Assembly: GCA_036786375.1 (NCBI GenBank)
Contig: DAIQRJ010000005.1
Location: 80,635 to 144,634, forward strand
DNA: 64,000 bases
Source: Actinopolymorphaceae bacterium
GTDB lineage: Bacteria; Actinomycetota; Actinomycetes; Propionibacteriales; DAIQRJ01
Direction of reading: 5' to 3'
Part shown: piece after piece, positions 27,949 through 37,706 of the stretch
Position numbering within the stretch: position 1 is the first letter of the stretch
How the letters are laid out: the number at the start of each line of letters is the position of its first letter
Notes under the pieces: generated by a model
What the model saw: only the letters and a program-made list of their open reading frames with translations
Told to the model about the DNA's origin: nothing
The model's database searches: none
Translations under genes and position numbers: made by a program

Positions 27949-28524
27949 TCAGCCGTCGAGGTAGCCCTGGACACTCGGCGCGATCAGGTCCACCAGCTCG
28001 TCGTCGGACGCGTCCGCCAGCGCGTCGATCCGCAAGACCGTCGCGCCGAGCGCCAGCCCGAGGAGCTGCGTCATCACGCCGGCCACCCGCAACTTGGGCA
28101 CACCGAGCAGGCCCGACAGGCGCTCGAGCAGGAAGCCCTCGGCGAACCCTCGCAGCATCGTCGATCCCTGCTCGGTCGACATCGACGTCCGCAGCACACC
28201 CTGCAGCCGCAGGCCGACGACCGGGTCGCGCCACGTCTCGAGGAAGAGCCGCGTGAGCCGGGCGCCGAGTTCGCTCCGCGGGCCCGCCGCGACCGCGCCG
28301 GCGATCAGGTCGGCCGGGTTCAGCGGGAGGTCCATCGCGGTGACGAACAGGTCGTCCTTGCTGCCGAAGTGGTGGTGGACGAGCGCGGGATTGACCCCGG
28401 CCTTCGTCGCGATCGCACGGATCGTGGCCGACTGGAAGCCCTGCTCGGCGAACAGCGTCCGAGCCGCGTCGAGGATCTCGTTCGCGGTCGTGCTGGGTCC
28501 GGGACGGCGGCCTACCCGAGCCAT
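27949..28524 (-). CDS. TetR/AcrR family transcriptional regulator
   Basis: 191 aa from ATG 28524. N-terminal HTH ..[44 protein letters not shown]... Confidence 0.85.
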   Translation of the reverse strand: MARVGRRPGPSTTANEILDAARTLFAEQGFQSATIRAIATKAGVNPALVHHHFGSKDDLFVTAMDLPLNPADLIAGAVAAGPRSELGARLTRLFLETWRDPVVGLRLQGVLRTSMSTEQGSTMLRGFAEGFLLERLSGLLGVPKLRVAGVMTQLLGLALGATVLRIDALADASDDELVDLIAPSVQGYLDG

Positions 28525-28557
28525 CGGCACCACCTCCGGAACGGCGTCGGTCGGGAC

Positions 28558-28587
28558 TTGACAGCCAAGCTCACCACCGTCTTTATT
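28558..28587 (+). promoter_or_regulatory. Putative sigma-70-type promoter giving a leaderless ABC-operon transcript
   Basis: Consensus -35 TTGACA (28558-28563), an 18-nt spacer, and TTTATT (28582-28587). The ATG at 28594 lies 6 nt after the -10 element, with no room for a Shine-Dalgarno. Confidence 0.35.
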
Positions 28588-28593
28588 AAACAC

Positions 28594-29316
28594 ATGACCA
28601 ATTCTTCTGTCGACTGTAGCGGCCTCGTCGTCGCCCGCGGGGGAACCGAGGTCCTGCACGGGCTCGACTTCACCGTCGGGACCGGAACTGTGACCGGCCT
28701 GCTCGGCCCGAGCGGCTGCGGCAAGACCACCCTGATGCGCGCCATCGTGGGAACGCAGATCATCCGCGCCGGCCGGCTGCAGGTCCTCGGGCTCGACGCC
28801 GGTGACGCCCGCCTGCGCGGCGCGATCGGCTACGCCTCACAGTCCGCGTCGGTCTACCCCGATCTGACCGTCGCCGAGAACATCCGCTACTTCGCGAGCG
28901 TCGTCCGCGCCGGATCCGCCGACGTCGACCGGGTGGTCGAGCAGGTCGACCTGACCCGCTCCGCCGACCGACTGGTGGGGCGTCTCTCCGGTGGCGAGCT
29001 CTCGCGGGTGAACCTCGCGGTCGCCCTGCTCGGCAACCCCCGGCTGCTCGTCCTCGACGAACCGACGGTCGGACTCGACCCGGTGCTCCGACAGGACCTC
29101 TGGCGCATCTTCGCCGACCTGGCGGCCACCGGCATCACCCTGCTCGTCTCCAGCCACGTGATGGAAGAGGCACGACGATGCGATCAGGTCATGGTCATGC
29201 GCGCAGGTCGCCTGCTCGCCCACGAACCACCCGCGTCGCTGCAACGTCGCACCGCGACCGCGGACCTCGACGCCGCGTTCCTGGAGCTCATCAGCACGAC
29301 GGCGGCGACCGGATGA
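28594..29316 (+). CDS. ABC transporter ATP-binding protein
   Basis: 240 aa from ATG 28594. Walker A GPSGCGKTT, signature LSGGELSRV and Walker B LVLDEPTVGLD. Confidence 0.9.
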   Translation: MTNSSVDCSGLVVARGGTEVLHGLDFTVGTGTVTGLLGPSGCGKTTLMRAIVGTQIIRAGRLQVLGLDAGDARLRGAIGYASQSASVYPDLTVAENIRYFASVVRAGSADVDRVVEQVDLTRSADRLVGRLSGGELSRVNLAVALLGNPRLLVLDEPTVGLDPVLRQDLWRIFADLAATGITLLVSSHVMEEARRCDQVMVMRAGRLLAHEPPASLQRRTATADLDAAFLELISTTAATG

Positions 29317-30044
29317 ACCCCAGGATGACGGCCGCCACCGCCCATCGCGTCCTGCTCCAGCTACGCCACGATCCGCGCACGGTGGCGTTGATGGTCGCGG
29401 TGCCCGCGGTCCTGATGGTGCTGCTGCGCTACGTCTTCAACGATGCCCAGGCGTTCAACAGGCTCGCACCCGCCCTGCTCGGGGTGTTCCCGTTCACGCT
29501 GATGTTCCTGGTCACCTCGATCACGACCTTGCGCGAGCGGACCTCCGGCACCCTCGAACGCCTGATGACGACACCGCTGGCCAAGCTGGACCTCCTGGCC
29601 GGCTACGCGATCGCGTTCGGTCTCGTCGCGATCGTGCAGGTGGTTGTCGCGGTGCTGACATCACTGGCGCTGGGGCTGGACCTGCGCGGATCGATCCGGT
29701 GGCTGCTGCTCGTCACGGCGGTCACGTCCCTGCTCGGCGTCGCTCTCGGCCTGTTCGCGAGCGCGTTCGCACGCACGGAATTCCAGGCGATCCAGTTCAT
29801 GCCGGTGGTGGTGCTGCCCCAGCTCCTGCTGTGCGGATTGTTCCACCCACGCGACGAGATGGCCCTCGTACTGCGCTGGATCTCCGACGTCCTGCCGATG
29901 TCCTACGCGGTCGACGCGATCCAGCAGGTTGCGGCCGGCGCCCACATGAGCGGGGACTACACGCGCGACGTGGTGGTCGTCACGGCGTGCGTGGTCGCCG
30001 CGCTCGCCCTCGCCGCCGCAACGCTCCGGCGCCGGACCGCCTAA
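29313..30044 (+). CDS. ABC-2 type transporter permease
   Basis: 243 aa from ATG 29313 (ATGA overlap). It has six predicted TM helices (..LRHDPRTVALMVAVPAVLMVLL..). Confidence 0.85.
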   Translation: MNPRMTAATAHRVLLQLRHDPRTVALMVAVPAVLMVLLRYVFNDAQAFNRLAPALLGVFPFTLMFLVTSITTLRERTSGTLERLMTTPLAKLDLLAGYAIAFGLVAIVQVVVAVLTSLALGLDLRGSIRWLLLVTAVTSLLGVALGLFASAFARTEFQAIQFMPVVVLPQLLLCGLFHPRDEMALVLRWISDVLPMSYAVDAIQQVAAGAHMSGDYTRDVVVVTACVVAALALAAATLRRRTA

Positions 30045-30057
30045 GTCCTGGCGAGCG

Positions 30058-30786
30058 TCACCGCGCCGTGTAGCCACCGTCGATCGGCAGGCTCACGCCA
30101 CTGATCATCGACGCGTCGTCGCTGAGGAGGAACACGATCGGCGCCGCCACCTCGTCCTCGGTCGCCCAACGGCCCAACGGCATCTGCTCGAGGAACGACC
30201 CGCCGATCTCGGGGCGCCCCCAGTAGAAGTCCGACATCTCGGTCATGACGACCGTCGGGTTCACGCTGTTGACCCGGATGTTGTACTGCCCCAGCTCGAG
30301 TGCGGCCACCCGCGTGATGTTGTCGAGCGCGGCCTTCGACGACCCGTAGCTGATGTGCCCTTTGAGGGCGACAAGACTGGCCTGGCTGGAGACGTTGACG
30401 ATCGACCCGCCGAGGCCGAGGCGGATCATCGAGGCCGCGGCGTACTTGATCACGAGCAGGCTGCCGCGCGCGTTGATGCTGATCACCCGGTCGAACACGT
30501 CGATGTCGGTGGTGATCGGGGTGGCGATCTCGCCGCCGTAGCCCCCGCAGTTCACGACACCCCACAGGTCGAGACCATCGAGTGCGCCCTTCACGCTCTC
30601 CTCGGACGTGAGATCGAACGCCAGCGTCCGAGCGCCGGTGGACTCCGCGATCGCGGCCAGCCCCTCGGGCGACCGGCCGCTGGCGATCACGTCGGCGCCC
30701 TTGGCGAGGAGTTGGCGGACCGTCGCACCCCCGATGCCGCCGGTGGCACCCGTGACGAGGATGGTTCGGCGGTTGAAATCAGACAT
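30058..30786 (-). CDS. SDR family oxidoreductase
   Basis: 242 aa. Cofactor motif TGATGGIG and catalytic ..YGSSKAAL.. (YxxxK). Confidence 0.9.
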   Translation of the reverse strand: MSDFNRRTILVTGATGGIGGATVRQLLAKGADVIASGRSPEGLAAIAESTGARTLAFDLTSEESVKGALDGLDLWGVVNCGGYGGEIATPITTDIDVFDRVISINARGSLLVIKYAAASMIRLGLGGSIVNVSSQASLVALKGHISYGSSKAALDNITRVAALELGQYNIRVNSVNPTVVMTEMSDFYWGRPEIGGSFLEQMPLGRWATEDEVAAPIVFLLSDDASMISGVSLPIDGGYTAR

Positions 30787-30827
30787 CGGCGGGGCTCACT
30801 CCCGTTCGGCGAGCGACCCGCTCGCGA

Positions 30828-31514
30828 TCAGCGCTGATCGAGTGACGGCAGCATCCGCGACTGCGCGACCTCGTCGGCGATCAATCGTAGTTTGACGTCG
30901 CGCTGTTGCGAATAGCGGTTGAGCAGCGAGAACGCCTGCTCGTCGGTCACGCCGTACCGCTCCATGACGATTCCCTGTGCCTGCCCGAGCACGGTGCGCC
31001 CGTCCATCGCACGGCGGATACTCGACTGGAGGCGCACCTTCTCCAGCGCGATCGAGGCGTGGGTCGCGAGGATGTGGGCGATCGCCTCGTCCTCGACGTC
31101 GAAGGCACACGTCCGGTGGGCGTAGAGGTTGAGCGAGCCGAGCACCTGCCTGTCGCCGCCGGCGAGCGGCACGGTCAGGACGCTGCGGATGCCGATACCG
31201 GCGACCATGACGCCCCACGTGCTCCACCTCGGGTCGATCGCGGCATCGTCGATACGATGAGCCGCGCCGGCTTCGAGTGCCGTGAGGCACGGTCCCTGGC
31301 CGTAGACGATCTGCAACTGGTCGGCGCGCAGGGCCGTGTCGTCGGTGTGAGCAGCGGTCTCGATCCGGCTCACGCCGTGACGCATCATGACGCTGGCGCG
31401 CTGGCAGTCGAACATGCCGAGCGCGGAGTCGATCACGGCCTGGATGGTCTGATCCTCGTCGCGGGTCTCGTGGACCATCGCCAGCCGAAGGCCGAAGTCG
31501 TGGATGTGGGGCAT
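30828..31514 (-). CDS. GAF plus ANTAR domain RNA-binding regulator
   Basis: GAF-like N-terminal half (..QIVYGQGPCLTALEAG..) and a C-terminal ANTAR (..SSIRRAMDGRTVLGQAQGIVMERYGVTDEQAFSLLNRYSQQRDVKLRLIADEV..). Confidence 0.8.
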   Translation of the reverse strand: MPHIHDFGLRLAMVHETRDEDQTIQAVIDSALGMFDCQRASVMMRHGVSRIETAAHTDDTALRADQLQIVYGQGPCLTALEAGAAHRIDDAAIDPRWSTWGVMVAGIGIRSVLTVPLAGGDRQVLGSLNLYAHRTCAFDVEDEAIAHILATHASIALEKVRLQSSIRRAMDGRTVLGQAQGIVMERYGVTDEQAFSLLNRYSQQRDVKLRLIADEVAQSRMLPSLDQR

Positions 31515-31735
31515 ATGGGCACCGAGTCCCGAGCGCTTAGCGTGCTGCGAGTTCTACGACACGGAAGCCAGTGCGCGTAGGGCATACCGCCGAGTTTCCA
31601 CAAACCCGAAGGAGGATGCGTCCTAGGCGCTAGCCCGCCGGACACTCAACCACTTACGACAGTACGGCATCGGACATGTTCGGGACATTTCGTCACGGGA
31701 GCGGCACAGCAGCCCACGAGGCCGGCACCGGCGCG

Positions 31736-32500
31736 TCAGCCGCCGGATTCTCCGAAGGCGGGCGCGGCGGGACCCGACGTGGCGGGATCGCCGAGCACAG
31801 TCGGGATGCGAGTTGCATCCGCGATCAGCCAGCCGGCCACCTCGGCCTGGGTGACCCGGTAGAAGTGTGCGTAGTCGACGAGCACCGATGTCGCCGCGCC
31901 GATCGTCATGTGACCTGCCTCGGCGAGCATGCCGTAGGCCCGGTTGGTGGCCACCTGGGACTCGAGCAGGCCGACGATCTGCTCCACGGCCATCGGCTGG
32001 CGGTTGTCGGCGGGCCCCTGCGAGAGCACGAGCGCGGCCAGGTCGGCGAGGGTCTGCCCGGTGCCGCTGGGACGCTGCTGGCCCCACGGCTCGGCCGAGT
32101 ACGCCACGAGCGCGCCGAACGGAGCACCGTGCACGCGCACCGGAAAGACACGCATCCCGCGAACGCCGACCGAGCCGAGAAGCTCGCGCATCCCGTACCA
32201 GCGGTGCCCGTCGTCGAGGATGCCGTCGACGACGACGACGGTGCCATGTCGCACGCCCTCGGCGACCGGCGCGCTCACGTACAGATCGGCCCACACGCCG
32301 GTCGAGTGGTCGGACGGGGCTGAGCAGAGCGGATGCAACTCGCCGTCCGCGGACTTGGCCACGATGGCGGCGCCGACGAGCCCGAGGCAGGAGACCGCGT
32401 ACGTCACGATGGTGGCGAGCACCGAGGCCGGGTCGTTCGACCGGGTCAGCGCAGAGGTGACCGCTGCGATCGCGGCTTCGCTGCGCGTTGTTACGGGCAC
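31736..32500 (-). CDS. GAF-like plus ANTAR-like domain protein (divergent)
   Basis: 254 aa from GTG 32500 (GGAGG Shine-Dalgarno 6 nt upstream). C-terminal ANTAR-like helices are ..LESQVATNRAYGMLAEAGHMTIGAATSVLVDYAHFYRVTQAEVAGWLI... Confidence 0.6.
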   Translation of the reverse strand: MPVTTRSEAAIAAVTSALTRSNDPASVLATIVTYAVSCLGLVGAAIVAKSADGELHPLCSAPSDHSTGVWADLYVSAPVAEGVRHGTVVVVDGILDDGHRWYGMRELLGSVGVRGMRVFPVRVHGAPFGALVAYSAEPWGQQRPSGTGQTLADLAALVLSQGPADNRQPMAVEQIVGLLESQVATNRAYGMLAEAGHMTIGAATSVLVDYAHFYRVTQAEVAGWLIADATRIPTVLGDPATSGPAAPAFGESGG

Positions 32501-32543
32501 AGGACCCTCCTCGGTCGGAGCGTGTCGTCTAGGGATGAGCTTC

Positions 32544-33263
32544 TCACGGTTTGTCCTGGCTGAACCGCCGTGCTCGGCTGACCACGTCGCGCGACACCTC
32601 GCCGATCGTCTGGGCGCCCGAGTACGCGGCGGCGCGCAGCCTCGACAGCGCTTCCTGCATCGGCACACCCAGTTGGACGGCCACCATCCCGGTCGCCTGG
32701 TGCACCTCCGGATGGCTGCCCGACCGAGCGGCTCCGAGTAAGCCGGTGCCCGACCTGGTCGAGCGTGACAGCTCGTCGAGCACCAGGTGGTCGGCGGCGG
32801 TCACGATGAGCAGTGCCATGTGCAGTTCGGCGTCGGTCAGACTCCCTTCCGAACCCCGGTACAACTCGAGCACGCCGAACGGGACACCCGCCGCCTGCAA
32901 CGGGAACGCGAACGTCGCATGTGCGCCCAGCTCGACGGCTTCCCGTGCGAAACCGGGCCAGCGGTCCTGTGCCGCCTCCTCCGCCATAGCAGGTTCCAGG
33001 ACGGGTCGCCGCTCCCGGAAGGCGTCGATACAGGGTCCTTCGCCGAGGGTGAACTGCAGCTCGTCGAGCTCCTGCCCCACGCTGTCGGTCGCGTAGACCA
33101 TCTCGCGACTGCCCGAGCCGGTCATCACCGCCAACGCGGCGCCGTCGACCGGGAGCACCAGTACAGAGAGCTCACACAGCTTGCGGCTCTGCGGTTCGAC
33201 CCTGTCAACGAGCAGCTCATCGCCGGGTCGCGCCCGTTCTGAATCGCCCGCGGGCATGTTCAC
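32544..33263 (-). CDS. GAF plus ANTAR domain RNA-binding regulator
   Basis: GAF-like half (..LDELQFTLGEGPCIDAFRERRPV..) and a C-terminal ANTAR (..VHQATGMVAVQLGVPMQEALSRLRAAAYSGAQTIGEVSRDVV..). Confidence 0.8.
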   Translation of the reverse strand: MNMPAGDSERARPGDELLVDRVEPQSRKLCELSVLVLPVDGAALAVMTGSGSREMVYATDSVGQELDELQFTLGEGPCIDAFRERRPVLEPAMAEEAAQDRWPGFAREAVELGAHATFAFPLQAAGVPFGVLELYRGSEGSLTDAELHMALLIVTAADHLVLDELSRSTRSGTGLLGAARSGSHPEVHQATGMVAVQLGVPMQEALSRLRAAAYSGAQTIGEVSRDVVSRARRFSQDKP

Positions 33264-33438
33264 CCCTCCTCATGTGCGATGCGACGGCCGTAACGGCTCA
33301 CAAGTGAATCAGACCACATGCTCACTGTCAGCAATCGCCTGCGTGGTCGACCGAGCCAGGCCGGTCACCTCGTCGACGCCCGGCCACGGATCACGGCGCG
33401 CCGTGACTACCCGTACGCGAACGGGGTAGACAGGGACC

Positions 33439-33819
33439 ATGGTCGACCTCGCCGCATGGCTGCTCGCGCAGATCGATGCGGACGAGCGCGTCGCCGACCG
33501 GGCTCTCGACGTCAGCACCGATCTGGGTCACCAGGCGAGCTGGTCGTCGTTCTCGGCCACCGACGTCGTCGACGAGGCAGTCGCGCACCTGGAGGCGTGG
33601 CGCCCCGGCCGAGTTCTCGACGAGTGCGAGGCGAAACGGCGCATCGTCGATCTTCATCCCGTGGTCGGTGACGACGTCTGCGACACCTGCGTGGTCGGCA
33701 AGCGCGGGTATCCGCTGCATCCGCACTCGACGCCTGAACGCTGGCCGTGCGGCACCCTGCGCGCACTCGCCCTTCCGTACGCGGACCGGCCCGGCTACGA
33801 GCCGGACTGGCGGCCCTGA
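33439..33819 (+). CDS. DUF6221 family protein
   Basis: 126 aa. ..WLLAQIDADERVA.., ..PGRVLDECEAKRRIVDLH.. and ..WPCGTLRALALPYADRPGYEPDWRP* match my recollection of DUF6221. Confidence 0.6.
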   Translation: MVDLAAWLLAQIDADERVADRALDVSTDLGHQASWSSFSATDVVDEAVAHLEAWRPGRVLDECEAKRRIVDLHPVVGDDVCDTCVVGKRGYPLHPHSTPERWPCGTLRALALPYADRPGYEPDWRP

Positions 33820-33916
33820 CACTGCCGGTCAGCCGGTCAGCCGGTCAGCCGGCGGTCGCCGGTCCACCCCTCCATGACGCTCGGACGGTTGATCTGCGCA
33901 CTCTCGACGGAGTGCG

Positions 33917-35032
33917 TCAGCCCACCAGGCCGTCGCGCGCGTGCCCCAGACCGAGCTGGACGGCACCGAGCAACGGCCCGGCGTCGCCCAGCACGGTCGT
34001 CCCGACCGACACCGGCAACGGCGTGAGCTCGGCGATCCGGGAGCGCACCCGATCGACGACGGCCGGCTCCGATCCGATCGGGCCGGCGAGAACGACGGCG
34101 GCCGGGTTGACCACGGCGCACGTCGCCGCCACCGCTGATGCGAGGCCGTCGCCGATGACGGTGCGGACGCGGGCGCTCGTCCGCAGCCTCGCGAGCGTGA
34201 GATCGACGTCGATCGTCGCCGTGCCGGGACGCATCAGGCCGAGGTGGTCGAATCGGTCGGCCAGGGTCGGTCCGTACCGGCCGGCGTCGGGCAGGTAGCC
34301 GATCTCCCCCGCCAGCCCGTTCGCGCCGCGGACGATGTCGCCGCCGATCGAGCACGCCATGCCCAGACCCGCACCGGCATACAGGTAGGCGAAGCTCGCC
34401 TGCGGGTCGGACCGGGAACCGCGCTCGGCCAGCGCAGCCAGATTGACGTCGTTGTCGAGGAGCACCCCGACGTCGGTGAGATCGCCGAAGATCCGCTGGA
34501 CGTCGACGAGGCCTTCCGGGAACGGCGAGTGCGGCAGCGCAACGATCTCGCGGGTCAACGGATCGACGGGGTTCGCGACCGACATCGCGATCGACCGGAC
34601 GGGGCCGGGCCAGCTCATCGCGTCGGTCGCGGCAGTCCGCAGCGCGTCCACGACACCGGTCATCGTCGCGGCCGGCGTGGGCGTGTAGACCCGCGACCAC
34701 AGCGTCCGGCCACTCAGATCGACGCATCGTGCCCGCACGCCCTCCTGCCCGGCGTGCAGTGCCAGCACGCGGCCGGCCGTCGGCGCGAGTTCGTAGATCG
34801 TCGCCACCCGGCCGGGACGTCCCGGCACCGACCCGGTCTCCACGAGCAGGCCGGCCTCGCTCAGGCGGCGGACCGATTCCGAGATCGTCGGCTTCGAGAT
34901 ACCGGTCAGCCGCGCGACGTCGACGCGGGTGACCCGGCCGGCCGCGTACACGCAGTCCAGCACCGTGCGGTCGGTGAGCTCCCGCACCATCGACAGCCGG
35001 GGCAGATCGGGTCGCGACGGGGATTGCGTCAT
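33917..35032 (-). CDS. ROK family transcriptional regulator
   Basis: 371 aa. N-terminal wHTH (..RVTRVDVARLTGISKPTISESVRRLSEAGLL..) followed by a ROK sugar-kinase-like fold (..NDVNLAALAE.., ..AGLGMACSIGGDIVRGANGLAGEIGYL..). Confidence 0.85.
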   Translation of the reverse strand: MTQSPSRPDLPRLSMVRELTDRTVLDCVYAAGRVTRVDVARLTGISKPTISESVRRLSEAGLLVETGSVPGRPGRVATIYELAPTAGRVLALHAGQEGVRARCVDLSGRTLWSRVYTPTPAATMTGVVDALRTAATDAMSWPGPVRSIAMSVANPVDPLTREIVALPHSPFPEGLVDVQRIFGDLTDVGVLLDNDVNLAALAERGSRSDPQASFAYLYAGAGLGMACSIGGDIVRGANGLAGEIGYLPDAGRYGPTLADRFDHLGLMRPGTATIDVDLTLARLRTSARVRTVIGDGLASAVAATCAVVNPAAVVLAGPIGSEPAVVDRVRSRIAELTPLPVSVGTTVLGDAGPLLGAVQLGLGHARDGLVG

Positions 35033-35154
35033 GTCACCTCTTGCGTCGACTGTGGTGTCGCGGTTAGTGTCAGCCTACTAGTAAGGAGTCCTAACTAGAG
35101 CACGTCCTCCGATCGATGCGACCGGCCGGACTCGTCCATCTCCGAGGAGCAGGC

Positions 35155-36462
35155 ATGACCAGCAGCGGGACAGCAACCACCACGACATCCACGACCACCA
35201 GCGCCACCCGCAGTCCTGCTGGCAGTCCTACCGAGATCCTCGCGGACGTGCCCGCGGCGATCGCCCGGACGAAAGCCCTACTGCGCAAGCAGATCGGTGA
35301 CTACGCCGGCGTGTTCGCGGAGGTGGAGTCGGCCATGCGCGCGGAGGTCGCCGAGATCGTGGCTGCCCGCGAATCCGGGGCGACGGTGTGGCCGGTGGTG
35401 CAGCGCAGCGACATCGTCGCCGGCGCCGTGCCGGCCGAGGTGGCAGACGCCGTGCGTCGCCGTGGGTGCGCCGTCGTCCGCAACACGTTCTCCCGCGAGC
35501 AGGCGGAGGAGTGGGATCGCGAACTCGTCCGCTACGTCGACGACAACCACTTCGAGGAGACCTACCAGCGGATCGACGACGGCGTCTTCGGCGGCCTCGC
35601 CGAGGGCAAGCCGGCCATCTTCCCGATCTACTGGTCAGCACCCCAGATGGAAGCGCGCCAGCATCCGGACATGCAGGCGGTCCGGCAGTTCCTCAACAGC
35701 TTCTGGAAGTCCGAGTCCGAGGGCCGCGTGTGGTTCGACCCGTCGCGTGACACCGCCTACCCCGACCGGGTGCGCCGTCGGCCGCCGGGAACGACGTCGG
35801 CCGGACTGTCCGCACACACCGACTCCGGTTCGATCGAACGCTGGCTGATCCCCGCCTACCAGCAGGTGTTCCGGCACGTGTTCGACGGGGACTGGCGCTC
35901 CTACGACGCGTGGGACGGCGCCTTCCGCACCGACGTGGACGAGTTCACCTCGACGGTGATGTGCTCGGCGTTCCGCACGTTCCAGGGCTGGACGGCCCTG
36001 TCGGACATGCAGCCCGAGGAGGGTGTCCTGCACGTCGTGCCGATCCCGCACGCGATGGCGTACATGTTGCTGCGGGCGCTCCAGGACGACGTCGACGAGG
36101 GCGATCTGTGCGGTGCCGCGAACGGCCAGGCACTACCGATCACCGCGGAGTTCCACTCCGTCCTGCTGCCCGCGCTGTCGCCGATCCCGGCGGTCGAACC
36201 GGGCGACACGGTCTGGTGGCACGGCGACCTGATCCACTCGGTCGCGGCCGTCGATGACCAGAAGGGCTGGGGCAACGTCATGTACATCCCGGCGACGCCC
36301 GGGTGCGCGAAGAACGACGCGTACGCGGCCTCGTGCGGCGCCGCCTTCGTCGACGGTCGCAGCCCCTCGGACTTCGCTCCCGAGGACTACGAGGTGACCT
36401 GGACCGGTCGTCCGTCCGCCGCAGATCTGAGCGACCTCGGCCGGGCCCAACTGCACCTCTGA
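35155..36462 (+). CDS. DUF1479 (YbiU-like) family protein
   Basis: 435 aa from ATG 35155 (GAGGAG 6 nt upstream; the alternative ATG 35116 lacks a Shine-Dalgarno). It has a low-complexity T/S N-terminus and blocks ..IFPIYWSAPQMEARQHP.. and ..GLSAHTDSGSIERWL.. typical of DUF1479. Confidence 0.7.
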   Translation: MTSSGTATTTTSTTTSATRSPAGSPTEILADVPAAIARTKALLRKQIGDYAGVFAEVESAMRAEVAEIVAARESGATVWPVVQRSDIVAGAVPAEVADAVRRRGCAVVRNTFSREQAEEWDRELVRYVDDNHFEETYQRIDDGVFGGLAEGKPAIFPIYWSAPQMEARQHPDMQAVRQFLNSFWKSESEGRVWFDPSRDTAYPDRVRRRPPGTTSAGLSAHTDSGSIERWLIPAYQQVFRHVFDGDWRSYDAWDGAFRTDVDEFTSTVMCSAFRTFQGWTALSDMQPEEGVLHVVPIPHAMAYMLLRALQDDVDEGDLCGAANGQALPITAEFHSVLLPALSPIPAVEPGDTVWWHGDLIHSVAAVDDQKGWGNVMYIPATPGCAKNDAYAASCGAAFVDGRSPSDFAPEDYEVTWTGRPSAADLSDLGRAQLHL

Positions 36463-36604
36463 CGCCCGGGCCGGTCGTCGAACCGCGTCGGTCAGGCGAA
36501 GAGTGCGCACACCCGCACGATTCGTCTGACCGACAGCCCCGAATCGAACGTCTCGAACCGAGGACCCGGCCGAGCGGATCCGGGCCGGGTCTAGGGTCGG
36601 GAGC

Positions 36605-37615
36605 ATGGATTATCGATCTCTCGGCACTACAGGTGTAAAGGTCAGTCCGCTCTGTCTGGGCGCCATGATGTTCGGAGGCAATGGAAACCCCGACCACGAC
36701 GACTCCATCCGCATCATCCACCGCGCGCTCGACGCGGGGATCAACTTCATCGACACGGCCGACGTCTACTCCCGAGGCGAATCGGAGACGATCGTCGGCA
36801 AGGCGCTGGCCGGTGGCAAGCGCGACAACGTCGTCCTGGCCACGAAAGCGCACGGCGCCATGGGCGACGACGTCAACGAGCAAGGCAACTCGCGTCGATG
36901 GATCACGAAGGAGGTCGACAACAGCCTGCGCCGGCTCGGCACCGACTGGATCGACCTCTACCAGATCCACCGTCCCGACCCCACCACCGACATCGACGAG
37001 ACCCTCGGTGTCCTGACCGATCTCGTGCGCGCCGGCAAGATCCGCTACTTCGGCTCGTCCACGTTCCCGGCGTACCAGGTCGTCGAAGCACAGTGGGTCG
37101 CGCAGAGCCGCGGACGCGAACGGTTCGTGTGCGAGCAGCCGCCGTACTCGCTGCTGGTACGCGGAATCGAGGCCGACGTCCTGCCGGTCACGCAGAAGTA
37201 CGGCATGGGTGTCATCCCGTGGAGCCCGCTCGCGGGCGGCTGGCTCACCGGTCGCTACCGCTTGGGCCAGGACGCGCCGGACTCCAACCGTGGACGTCGC
37301 GCCGACCTGTCGACGCCGGAGAGCCAGGCCAAGCTCGAGGTCGTCGAGAAGCTGGCCGTGCTCGCCGAGGAGGCCGGCGTCAGCCTGGTCGACTTCTCGC
37401 TGGCGTTCGTGATCCGGCACCCGGCGATCACGTCCGCCATCATCGGGCCGCGCACGATGGAGCAGCTCGAGTCGCAGATCAACGCCCCTGACGTCACGCT
37501 GAGCACCGAGGTGCTCGACAAGATCGACGAGATCGTGCCGCCTGGCACGAACGTCGGCGGCGGCACGGCGTGGACGACGCCGGCGCTCACGGACGCGTCC
37601 CTGCGGCGCCGCTGA
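36605..37615 (+). CDS. Aldo/keto reductase
   Basis: 336 aa. MDYRSLGTTGVKVSPLCLGAMMFG.., ..GINFIDTADVYSRGESE.. and ..DLYQIHRPD.. are AKR hallmarks. Confidence 0.9.
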   Translation: MDYRSLGTTGVKVSPLCLGAMMFGGNGNPDHDDSIRIIHRALDAGINFIDTADVYSRGESETIVGKALAGGKRDNVVLATKAHGAMGDDVNEQGNSRRWITKEVDNSLRRLGTDWIDLYQIHRPDPTTDIDETLGVLTDLVRAGKIRYFGSSTFPAYQVVEAQWVAQSRGRERFVCEQPPYSLLVRGIEADVLPVTQKYGMGVIPWSPLAGGWLTGRYRLGQDAPDSNRGRRADLSTPESQAKLEVVEKLAVLAEEAGVSLVDFSLAFVIRHPAITSAIIGPRTMEQLESQINAPDVTLSTEVLDKIDEIVPPGTNVGGGTAWTTPALTDASLRRR

Positions 37616-37706
37616 TCGACTCTCGCCGCGCGTGGCCGCCTGTGGTCTGGGTAGCCCAGACCACGAAGGCCTGGCAGAGTCGGGGTCACTGACGAAGGAG
37701 AAACCG

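Noticed and set aside
33391-33406. Perfect 16-bp palindrome TCACGGCGCGCCGTGA about 30 nt upstream of the DUF6221 start
   Set aside because: It is GC-only in the core. By a rough estimate, palindromes of this length are expected a few times by chance in 64 kb at this GC content, and there is no second copy or supporting context.
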